A stretch of DNA of 38,615 nucleotides, from positions 1-38,615 of the forward strand of contig JAUCBJ010002815.1 in NCBI GenBank assembly GCA_032718475.1. The letters run 5' to 3'. The first letter of the stretch is position 1, and each line of letters starts with the position of its first letter. A program made the position numbers and the translations under genes. The notes beneath the pieces are model-generated. The model had not been told where the DNA came from and did not search any database. It was given only the letters and a program-made list of their open reading frames with translations. This document shows, one piece after another, positions 11,801 through 23,800 of the stretch. The stretch comes from Nemertoderma westbladi. Its lineage: Eukaryota > Animalia > Xenacoelomorpha.

Positions 11801-14800
11801 GGACCTTGCTGTCGCCTGTTTTTTCTGCGGTCCCTTGGGACTCTTCCTCTCTCACTGCTCACTTCCCACATTTGAATTGCACTTTTTTGGCTTCCTCACG
11901 CGCCATCACCATTCCCCCGATTCCCCATTTTCGTTTCCACTCTCCATGCACTTATTGGGTCCCACACATGTGTGCACCATGTTAGTGGGATCCGTCTATG
12001 TCTCGTCCTGCTGTTTTAGTCAATTAGTCCCCAGTCCCAGTAGCTAATTGGAAAAACGTTGTACTTGACTACGGTATATGTTATATAATATACATGCGAG
12101 TTATACATAATAATTAATTATCATAATTATATATTATATACATTATATTATATGCTCGTCTACATGACGCGTCTTAACCCCCACTCTCGGAGGTGATATG
12201 ACCCATCACTCCCGGTCCCGTCCGTTTCATGCTCTCTCCGCCTTTCTCTTCCTTACTAACCTCTCCGCCATCATGAACTTTCCCGCGCTCACCCAATTGG
12301 TGTGGCCTTACAAAGGCTCAATCTAAGTGAGTGCCGTTAAACAAGATGTTACAAGTTTTGTTCAGTAATGGCCTTCTTCCTACCTTGTTCTTTCCTTCAT
12401 GCCAATATTCCCCTAACTTTATTTTATTTTATCTATGTTCCCCCCTGCCTGTGCTATTATCCTATCTACCTCCTCAATTCTTCACACAGCACCCTCATTG
12501 CCCACAACTTCTAACTTCTATGGTACTCTGTACCCTACTACTGCTACTATGGTATGCCTACATACCCTTTACTTTCTTACTACGTGGCGCTCTCGGTGCC
12601 CACAACTTCTACGGTACTATGTACCCTACTACTACTTCTATGGTATACCTACATACCATACCCTTTACTCTCTTACTACGTGGTGCTCTCGGTGCCCACA
12701 ACCTCTACAGTACTATGTACCTTACTACTGCTACTATGGTATACCTACATACCATACACTTTACTCTCTTACTACGTGGCGCTCTCGGTGCCCACAAGTT
12801 CTATAGTACTTGCTATGTACTTTGTACCACTATGTACTACCTACTACTATTACTTTCTACTATCTTACTACTTATTTTATTATTTGCTTTTTTTATTTTA
12901 TTTTTATTTTTTATGTGTGGGAAGGGCGTCTCTTCCTCATTCCCACCCCCCTCAGTCCAACTTGTTGGATGACTCAACAACCTAAGGGCGATTCTTCCAG
13001 CAGGCAACTCTCCCACTTACCCCCCTATAGGTCCTATTAATCTTTGCCCCACTCTTCTTATCAATTCCAACACTTTTGGAATTGACCTTCCCTTCTCCTT
13101 CACCCTTAGTCGGGTCTTTCTGTCATGTCACTGACCTCCTCGTGGTTGTCCCCTGGCGGCAGAGTGCCACCCTTCATCTTGTCGTCACTTCGCGGTAGAA
13201 TGCCGCCCCTCATGTCATCCTTACTGGTACATGTCACCTCTGCTGGCCTCCCTATCAATATGTGCGCTGGCGTTAAAGCCCCCGATGACCCCCGGTCATC
13301 CTTCGGTACGCATAATGGCTTACCATTTAATGCCCCCTCGCACTCTGCCAGCCCCTTGTGCGTGTACAACACGCCCTCTCCAACTTTCCTGCCTCCTTTG
13401 TCACATTTCATCATGGGTTTCTCTGCCCCTGGTCTAATCTTCCCACATCCTCTCCCTTTCCACCTTGTCTTCTTACTCGACCTCCTCCTCACCGGTATGC
13501 CTCTCAACTGGACCGGCGTCTGTTCCGGACACCTCTCCGGATATATCCACTCTTCTCCATCCCCATACCGATACTCTCCATTCTCGTCTGCCCACTCTCT
13601 TGTTGTTTTTTCTCTTCCTGTCTCATCTGTTGGCGGTATTTCTCTGTCCTCCACCCTTTCACCATGCTCCACCATGCGTGGTTCCAGATCCATACCCATC
13701 CCCAACTCCTGGTTTTCTTCCTCGGCCTGCTTCTCGTATGGGTCCTCCCCATCGCCCGTCTCTGGTTTCTCCTATGTTCCTCCGTCCTCCATTTCTCTTA
13801 TTGTACCTGCGAACATGCACCTTAAGGATTCCGACACGCTGAACAGAATTCTAGACTTGATTGGGCCACTGAGTGTCCATCCAAATGGCGTGAGAATCGC
13901 CAGGCCTCTCCCACCATCATCTCCGAGCATGGCCGTTCTCCCGTGGGCCGTTGGTCAGGCCATTCCGACTATGAGAGATATTTTCGGGATGTCCAGTTCG
14001 GGACTGGAGAAATCGATATTGTCCAGGTACTGGTATTGTTCGACCTCGATCTTCGTGGGTCGCCTGGCATTAATATTAATCAATTCTATTATTTGAATGG
14101 GATCGATGGTTGCCCCATAATCGTACCCTGGCGTTATCCCTGATATTTTACAACGCCCCGTTCTCATCTTCAAGACCTCGTCTTTACTCGAGATAGTGGT
14201 TACCGCTATCTGCTTGGCCTCGTTCGTAACCCTATCTTTTCGGCCACCCAACCCTCCGTTAGCATCGATCAACATTAATGTTGTGACCGATAGCCCGTCC
14301 TCTCCTGTTATTCTCACTGGTACTACTTCGAGTAGTACCATGCTCTTCCTCTTTGCTCCCGTCGTGCTCATTGCCATGGTTTGGCCTCCAGTCTCATCAG
14401 TCTCCGGGCCTTGTTTTACTGGTCTTTCTTTGTATTCTTCGAATCTGTGTCCTCCTACCACGCATCGATGATATAGTCCATTCTTATCAGCGAAGGCTAT
14501 CTGATCTTTTATGAGTAACACCTGCCAATGCTTACATTCCATGGTCTCATGGGTTCCATCTCTATGCAATTGACATTTGTATACTGGATAGTAGCATTCC
14601 TTGTATAGCCCTTCACGTATTGCGCGTAGATTCATATCTACCAGTTTAGTGTTTTGGTTATTTTGACTCGGACTACTGGGGGTATTTGGATTATATTTGT
14701 TTGTGTTGTTATTTTGTCCCTGTTCATGCCATGGTGTGGCCCTACTTCCAGCTGCCTGAGGACTACAAGTCCCCTGCGTGCCGCATGTGGTAGCAATTGT

Positions 14801-17800
14801 CTCTACCTCGGGAATGAATCCGCCGGATTATGTTCGGGTTTAGGCCTGTTGTATTCAGCTTTTGGTGACCTCCCCAAACTATCCTCACTGTAGACTGGGT
14901 CTGTAATCAACTCCGCCTCATAGTTAAGGAAGTTCGACATCTCCTCTAGCCCTGACTCTGCACCTTTCTTCTCCCGAGTGGTGAAGACGATCTTTCTCCA
15001 CTTATTCCTCAGCCAGATCGGTAGTGCCTGCGCTATTGTAGTGATGTTATTCGATGCGTTGAGTTCGTAAGTTGCATCTAGGGTCTTTAGCACAATTAGC
15101 GCCTTTTCGACTTTATTCGCGAAGGTCTTGATGCTGCCAGGGTTATCCTATAGTCCGCCCGATGTTATTCCCCTTAAGGTTTGTCTGATGATCTTAGCAG
15201 GATGCCCGAATTCCCTGTGCAGCCATGATCCCTGTGCCCGCCATGCAGTCGTGAATCCACCTTCGATACCTTGTTACTGCCTTACGATGTCGTATGCTGG
15301 CCCCCCTGTGTAAACTTTTAAGTATTTTAGGCACTCCGCCTGCGTCAGGTTCTTCGTTAGTATTTCGTTATTGTACATACGCCGGAATTGCAGATATTCC
15401 TCCGGTATACTACCATCGAATTTGAACAGCTCCACTGGTGGTAGCTCGATCCTGGTCTTAAGCGCGTCGATGAGTGTTGCCATTCCCATCGCTTGTAGTT
15501 CTAGCGCGCTCGATGGTTGTGATACAGACTCCCTTGCTGTTGGGTGCAGTTCGCCCATCGGGCCTGTCGACTTTCTTTGCGTTGGATATATCATCGGGGG
15601 TAATGGTCCCCTCCATATTGAGTTGATTGTACTGCTGATATTGCAATGGGGGAATGTCACCCTGCCCCCCCCCCCCCCATCGGTGTTATATTTGGTACTG
15701 GGGTTAATGTTACCATGTTAGGGCCCATGCATCTATCGGCAATAGCTCCCCCCTCCCCTGGGAATATATTATATCCCTGCATGTTATAGTCATACTGGTG
15801 TGCAGGTACCGGTAAAGGCCTATCCACTTCTAGCCTACCTACCGATATGTATGCCGCGACTTCCGGGTCTAATCCCGTTATTCGCACTACCCTATCGCCT
15901 ACACTATCTCTCCCAGCATGGCCTATAGTATGTGCAGTAAGGCCTACAGTATGTCCTGCAGTCTGCCTGTGTCCTTCCAGACCGAAGTTTAATCTTCTCG
16001 AATATTCCAACTACCGTACCGCGACTACCGTATTCTTGATCGGCAGCTACGTTCCGTCGGGAAGTTTCTCTTCGATCCCCTCTCCTGTCCTCGTCCTCGC
16101 ACTGGTACATCCTGTACCCTTCTCCCGGTGTGTGGTATATCTCACCGGTTGTGTCTCTCCGGGGCGACGGCAATCTCCCGGAGTGCGACCCCACCGGCTC
16201 TCTAACTCCATCTTTACTACCGACGGTTCTATATGATTGATACACATAGATATTGGTTTCCCACGTGCTACCCTGCCCGCTATTGGCTTATATACTAATT
16301 GTCACTTTGGTACACCCTGTGAGTGTTTCCCCCTGCCGCTAGCCTTGACTAGCTGTGTTCTCCCTCTGAGGTGTTTTGACCTCTCACCTTTAAGGTCTGT
16401 ATCGCCCCCCCCCCCCCCCCCCCCGAGTTGGTTATGTTTCCAACTATATTGGTAAAATGACAGTGATCCCATTTTCGGGTGGATAATGCAAGGGATTTGA
16501 ATCCGCTTACAACACTTCCGCCTTAATGACCATGGCCCTGAAATATTTAGAATGAAAAAATTCCAATTAATTTTCCAAAAAATTCCATTAATTCACCATT
16601 TTTTACAGTCACCTTTTTTTAAGAGGCATCTCAAGAAGTCAATGGCTGACCACCATGCTTATTCATTCAATGAGGCCGCCAATTCATTGCATGCACTGGA
16701 TTGTCCTCACAGCAGAAGCAATATTGTACTTATTAATTGATGTATGCTTCGCTTAACTAAATTTTATGAATATTATATTTCATAGAGTTTACAGCGGAAA
16801 GTGGATACTGTATGATAAATGGTGGAACCATGCTTTAACTGGTCGACTCGATGACAGGGTAATTGTAGAACCAGGAGAGTACCCAATGGCTGCTGATTGG
16901 AGTTACAATGGAGACCTGGATAATCGAATTTCGTCAATTCGTCTTATTCCAAATGTAAGTACTAACATGTTAACACATGTGTTACACATATACACATGGG
17001 GGTATTAAAGTTACATTGTTCACGATACCACAAAATTAGTATCCACACGATATATAAGGAGACCCCTCTATCAATTAGTTTACGAAATAACAAAAAATTT
17101 GATATTTTAACAGGCTTGATACTAGGCTAAAATAGGTTAAATACGTGGTTACAGGCTTGGAAGTCAACATTTTGAATTGCTTACTGCACCAAAAAGCGAT
17201 TAAGTAGAATGAAGGTGTAACATACATTTTTGGTGACTATATTGAATTGTAATATTAAAAAAAAATTCATTTTTGACGCCCCTTAGCGACCAGAGTCAAA
17301 ATTTACAATTTTGACTTAAAATGCTTCTCCTTTGTGATGCTTTATTTTCCGAAGTTGTAACCTCTCTTTTTTGGAATCAGCATGGTCGATTACATGCCTT
17401 TACAGGCAAGTTCTAGAATGGTTCTAATAGAATAGACTTGTTCTAGAATAATATTTAACCCTAGATTAAAGGGAGGGGTCAATATGACCCCCCCCCCCCC
17501 GTGGTTTTTTTATAATAATTCTGAAACAAAGGCAGTTGGAAATCTGAAATTTTATGACTTTTCCTAAAAATCTATTGTCTTCCTAGTAGTGAAAACCGTT
17601 TTCAAAAATATTGGGTAGTTTTCGAGTTATAGCACCATTTTTTAACCTTACTTTTGGCACTTTTTTTGAGACGTTTTTTAAAAATTACATTTCATTAAAT
17701 ATGAATTGTAACATCTCTATTTTGGATTTACACCAGTTTTTGGTGTTAGCAATTGGATGGAATTCATATAAATTGATTTAGAAATTTCAAACTTGTTTTT

Positions 17801-20800
17801 TTCGGCGGGTGCCAATTTTTGGTGCCAGCACCAAATTTTGAAATATATTTGTATATATTTATTTATTATTGTAAATATTATATATATATAAATTATATAA
17901 TTTGAAACTTGTTTTTTTACGCAATTGGGGTTTTTAGGGGTTCTGGTTTCGATGAAATATATACGAGTTGCACCACGCGTATCAAACTTGTATTTTTCGG
18001 TGCTTGGTACTGTACATTTTTTCGAAATTTTTTTTTTTTTTTCGGATCCAGACTAGTGATACCTACGGACAAACAAAAAATCAGACGTTTTCGAAAATCT
18101 TTGTAGATTTTAGAGGGGATTTTAAAGCTCGGTACTAATAGGGTTAACTACTTAACTGCGAGTCAAATTTACTAAATTACTTTTCAGGATGGTATAATGA
18201 TATTCTGGACCAACTCATTTTGGGACTTAGCAGTTTCTCTTCGAACTTCTGTACCAAGATTGGCGAGTGTTGGCGTAGACAACCAATGTGGTTCAATTAT
18301 CATAACATCAGGCCAATGGGAATTATACAGGTATTATTTATTTTATGTAAATAATAATAACTATATCTTTGAACGGACAACCAGGTACTCTTATGCTAGG
18401 TAAATCGCTTTTAGTTGCACAAAAACTAGAAAGCCAGAAAGGGTGGCTATAAGAATACCGTCTATAAGACAGCAAAACCGAAGGAACTAAAGGATAATCC
18501 ACATCAAATAATGTAAATCAAGATATAAACCTCTCCCTCCACGCAGCAATCATGGCAGCATGGAGAAAGCAGAATGTCATGACCAGTTAGCAACAGACAT
18601 CCCACCACAATCAACACTCCAGCCTGCTTGCTACCACTCCATTCCCAGTTAGCTACAGTAGTCAGTCGAGTTCAATAATTACCTTAATCTTGCTATGATA
18701 GTGAGAAAAATACATTCACTAACATAGGTAGATTCGAATCTGCTTGAGAGAATAGTAAATATTTATACACTATTTAATTTCTAATCAATAAATAATCTTA
18801 CATCTTTATATTAAACACTGAAATAAAAAACCCTAGAATAAAATACAAATTTTCTGAGAAGGGGACATTGGCGAATATCGGGCACATCGACAAGGGCAAG
18901 GGCAAGGGGACATCGACTATTATCGATATTGGCGTATCGCTATTTTTATACAGCGTGAACTTAATTTTACCCCCTTAATCACCTTTATTGGTGGGTTTGT
19001 TGCTGAAAAAAACGTATGTTTATTCGTTTGTTTGTTTGTTTGTTAGTGTGTATGTATGTTTGTGCACATTGATTTTGACTTGGAAGGGAATGTGCTCTAC
19101 TTGGTGGTCAAATATATAAAGAAATGTATCGATTATTTGTGTGCTTATTTCGGTATTAATTCCTAACAAAGTTTAGGTAGCATTAGGGCTGTAACGCCTT
19201 CATGCTATCATGGCTCGCCCCAAGATATCTTTAGTTAGTACTGGTACAGATTGATATGTTTGCAGTATTGTCTTACCTATTTCTGTATTTTCAATATACT
19301 TTTGACAGTCAGCTAACAACACATTTTTCACTGACATTCAGACTGCTGCACAGTGAGCTTACATTGGTGACCCAGACGTTCTTTATTTCTGTATTTACCG
19401 CCAACAGTGCAACAGACCTAAGAAAACAATGACTAGTCTCTCCAGCTTAAGAAAGGCGGACCTTGCGGAAGTTTTAGTAGCTTTCCGACATTCTGATCCC
19501 GACTTCGTTATGCCAAAAACGAAAGCAGAGATTATTGATCAAATAAATTCGATGTTGGTTAACCCGATCGAAAACCCGATGTTGGTTAAACTGGTCGTTA
19601 ACAGTATCACTAGTACAGGTACCGGTAACAGTAACAACACTGGGAATGTTATGACAGTGCCTACACCACACAAATTCCGTCTCCCCGAGTTCTACCCCAA
19701 GGATGCGCGTACCTGGTTTCAACAAGTAGAAGCTGTATTGGATGGGCAGTCTAGCGCTACGAAAAAGTCTAATTCACTTGCAGCATTACCAACCGAAACA
19801 ATTCTGGATTCTGGAGTAAATGTGGAAGATTCCTTTGATACAATAAAAAACAACATAATTTCTCATCTAGCAGATAGTGACGAACTCAGACTTAGACAAC
19901 TCCTTGCTGCTCAGGAATTGGGAGATCGCAAACCGTCAGCTGCCCTTCGGCAGATGATCCGTCTTGCTCCTGGTAATAAGCAGATAGTCAGAGTATGTTT
20001 CCTCGAGATCCTTCCACATATCATAAGTATCGTGCTGACTTCACTCGACAAATTGTCCCTAGATGACCTAGCAGACGTTGCCGATAAAATGGTCGAACAA
20101 CAACAATTCCAAGCTGCTGGATCGGCACTACCAACCGCATCAACGTTGAAACCTGTCTCGCAGGTTTCCGATACGATGTCGGAATCCCATCGTATGTTAA
20201 TAAAATCCCAACAGGTCCTTACTGATCAAATCTCCCACATTACCAATCAACTTCGGGATTTACAATATAATCAAGATCGAGATTGATTGCGCTACCAGCA
20301 ACGTTGGCGAAACGAGTCACGGGAACGAAGAGACCGGTCACAGGATTTCAGAATGAGCTCGCGCTCTAGGAGTTACGATACTAGAGGCCCATGGTGCGAA
20401 AATCACTTACGTTATCGCTCCCAAGCTACAACATGTAAACCACCGTGTACGTTCCGCCATAGACCATCATCACGTGGTCCATCTCGCGATAACCATAACC
20501 CAATAAATCGACCCTCTTCCGGTGAGGTAAATGCAATATACGTAAGTGCTACACCAGTGGGAACCAGTGCACCAGTGGAATTACTGGTCGATTCTGGAAG
20601 CGATTTCTCACTCTTACCGCGTTCTACTAAGTTTCTAAATAATGTCAACCCCCTCGCTGGTCAGGATTTAAAGGCAGCAAACTTTTCGAAAATTCCGACG
20701 TATGGGGAAGGAATAATTACTTTTAGTTTATCTTGTATAGGAAATAATAAATTTTCGTGGAATTTTACTATTGCTGATGTTAGTCAACCGATTTTAGGTT

Positions 20801-23800
20801 TAGATTTTTTACAAGCTCATAGCATTAGTATTAATTGTGAAACAAAGTCAATATATATGGATTTAAACAGGCCAAATTCAAATAATCGTAGCTATAGTAA
20901 TGGAGAAACCGCAGCAAATGTTAATGCAGCTAATTTTTTCCATAATGAAGATACGGATAAATCTTCAAATGGAGTTGGTAGCAATATATTAAATAACGCC
21001 AGGAACTATTTTTCATGGCCTACCAAATTTATTGTGCTGTGCTTATTTACCTTATTATCTATTTTAGCAACTTGCCTTACTAAACCTATATTTTTAAAGG
21101 GTTTATTTATATTTTGTGTATCTATGTTGCTGCTGTTGCCAACGCAACGGCACGAAATGAGGCATTTTTTATGGCTTCTAAGTCATACAATACCCAGAAG
21201 TTGACTTATATACCATGTATAATCAATGAAACTAAACCACAAGTGTGCTTGATTCACAAGGTTGACAATTTATTAGTGCAATATAATGAAGTGTTTACTG
21301 ACAAACCAGTGTCTGAGCCTTTAAAACATACAGTTAAACATTATATTACAACGACAGGACCACCTCAAAGTTCAAAACCCCGACGTTTATTTGGTACTAA
21401 ATTACAACTAAACTAAAACTTCTGCTAATCCGATTAGCTGAAGTTGTGGGCCCTCAAGGAAACGAAGATAAATGGTATCACAGTTCCTGATCTGAAGGTC
21501 GAGTTATTGATCAGCTCCTCTCTACAAAGAACTCATATGAGTGCGGAGTTTATGTTTGCAGGTATGCACAATTGTGCCTAACTAATGAAGCTGTGCGTCC
21601 CCTTAATTCAGAAATCAATGACCACCAATTGCACTATTCCAATGTGAAATGTCGCTTCTATTATTCAGCCATTTTAAAAAAAGGTTCATGGGGGGTATAC
21701 CCCCCCCCCCCCCTTAATTGAACCGTCTATGCCTCTGAGTCAATCCACAAACACTTCCTCCCAGGTGTTTCAAACATCCACCCTTTCCCAGGAGCTGTTG
21801 GTTACTGGAGTTACCAAAAAAGAAAGACAGGCATCTGGCTGTTATCTTTGTTGACTTTGTCAAGGCCTTTGATTCAGTCTCTCGCTCACGTATGTTCAGC
21901 ATTCTTTCCTTATATGGGATTCCTGATGAAATTATTGCAGCGATCAGTACACGATGGTTCGACAACATTTGTGTCTACTGTTGACGGTGACACAGAACCA
22001 TTTGAAGTGTTATGGGGCGTCCTCCAGGGAGACACACTTGCACCATTCTTGTTCATAATTGTTGTTGACTGTTCTACGCATGTCCTTAGATCATCATAAT
22101 GATGATGGGGTGATGATAACTCCACCTACTGGCTCCAGAAGTCGAGGAAATCCTGCCAAGTACCTAACTGATCTGATGACTTAGGAGTACTCTCAGAATC
22201 ACTAGAGGGAGCCCAACGGCTCCTCAGCTCATTAGAACATGCTGCTTCTAGTGTTGGTCTATTTATTAACTCCAGAAAGACCAAAATTTTGACAGTTAAC
22301 TTTGAAAGTCCTCAGCAAGACTTTGATCGGATGAGGAGCATAAGCTCAAAAGATGGTATGCTTGAGCATGTGGATGACTTCTGTTACCTGGGATCATGGA
22401 TCCGGAAGTCAGGTGAGGACCTTCGAATATGTAAGGGAAAGGCATGGGCAGCTTTGGATAGGCTTTCCAGGATTTGGAAGTCGCCGAGAATTAATCGGAA
22501 ACTTAAGGTCCGGTTATTTAGAGCAGCAGTAGTTCCAGTACTCCTCTATGGGAGTCCATGCTGGGCTCTAACTGCTGAGGACACCAAATCTCTGGACGGC
22601 ACATTCACAAGAATGCTATGCCGGGTTCATTGTGTCAAGTTCAATGCACACATCTCCAACCAGACACTATATAACATTGGAGGTGTTTCATTGGTTCCCC
22701 CAAGCTTGACACTAGAACAAAATCGCCTCTGCAGGAGATTTCCTCTCTTTGCAGGACATTGCTTTCGCCGTGAGGACCAGCCAGTGCATAATCTTGTACT
22801 TTGGCAGCCTCATGGAGTGAATAAGCATGGTGGACAGCCCATGACTTTCTTGGGACACATCTTAAAGGACACTGGCCTTGAAGATGCGGATGATCTAGCA
22901 AATGTCATGGGTGATAGGGAGTTGTGGCGGTGCAATTTTGTCGATAAGCCGGCACAGCATTCTTAAAAATGCAGCTGCAATGCAGCATGCCGATCCTAGT
23001 AGTAGTGGTTACTGGTTCCCTAACATCAACTCATTGCACAGAAGTGAAGGCTACTTGTCCAATCTGTGTCCGTCCAGTCTCAACTAATCTCAAATGGAAG
23101 CTCAGGGTCCATGGTCCCCACAACAACTGATGTTTGGGTTCAGACTCCACAGTGCCTATTGTGGGACCTTCTCATTCAAATGTCATTCTCAATGTCAGCC
23201 CATGTCAACCTCTTCGCTTGACAACTCCCATCAATAGTGTATTTCCTGCAGATTCCTCTAGTATCCCTGGCATTCCACCTGAGAGCAGTTCCTCAATTGA
23301 GAGCTTGCTTGAGGTGACTTTTGGAGGCTCCTTCCTGAATGAACCGGGATCATCAACTGATACCACCTGGGAATTGCAGCATGCTCGTTTCACCCTACTG
23401 CCCAGTCGTCGTTACATTGTCCCTGGGGGAAATGTTGGATGCAGATTGACTGACATTCTGACTTGTGAAATTGAGAAACTAACCAATGGTGTTTTCCCTC
23501 TGAGTGGTCCCTATGCTTCATATAGCTTCAGTTTTTCAACGTGACTTAGACACCACTAAGTCCCCTGATATCCGAAGGACCTTGGAACGGCGCTTAGACA
23601 TGTGGGAGCTTGGGGAGTTTGACGATTTGTTAGCTGAAGCCGAGAGATGTAATGCCAAGTTCCCCACTTTCTCTGGAACTGCTTCAAGTGACAAAGCAAA
23701 GCTCTTCAACCGCAAAATGAATCGCTCAGCAGTGCATCTACTTACTGACCGCAATGGTGGAGGAGTGCTTCATCCGAAGTCGCAAGCTGAAGGAGAGCCT

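Larger units (their letters stand above)
11195..16511 (-). mobile_element. BEL/Pao LTR retrotransposon, internally deleted (gag, protease, integrase tail; RT/RNaseH missing)
   Basis: Paired LTRs (11195-11533, ~16249-16511) and a PPT (ggggggggag on minus, 11534-11543). Gag LPPVELFKFDG...LKYLKVYTGGPA, degenerate Zn knuckles, protease VVPVRI...TLMLID, and BEL integrase tail ECEGALNGKPL...LTPAHILIG. No matching TSD found. Confidence 0.88.
19190..21412 (+). mobile_element. Ty3/Gypsy LTR retrotransposon, CsRn1-like clade, 3'-truncated (LTR, PBS, gag, protease, RT start)
   Basis: LTR TGTAA...TTACA and tRNA-Trp PBS. Gag LPEFY..D..TWF.QVEA and LGDRKPS, CHCC knuckle C-x2-H-x9-C-x3-C (CENHLRYRSQATTCKPPC), protease LVDSGSDFSLLP...ILGLDFL, RT start HTVKHYITTTGPP...PRRL. 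Confidence 0.92.

Noticed and set aside
12331-12985. Three overlapping + strand ORFs, one hydrophobic
   Set aside because: A by-product of the 96-bp, pyrimidine-rich repeat on the antisense strand of the BEL element; no recognisable motif.
13125-14096. 323-aa Ser/Pro-rich + strand ORF
   Set aside because: Antisense shadow of the purine-rich BEL polyprotein remnant.
20284-20286. Programmed gag-pol readthrough stop
   Set aside because: The stop lies upstream of the Gag Zn knuckle in an Arg-rich tract, so a CGA>TGA mutation is simpler.
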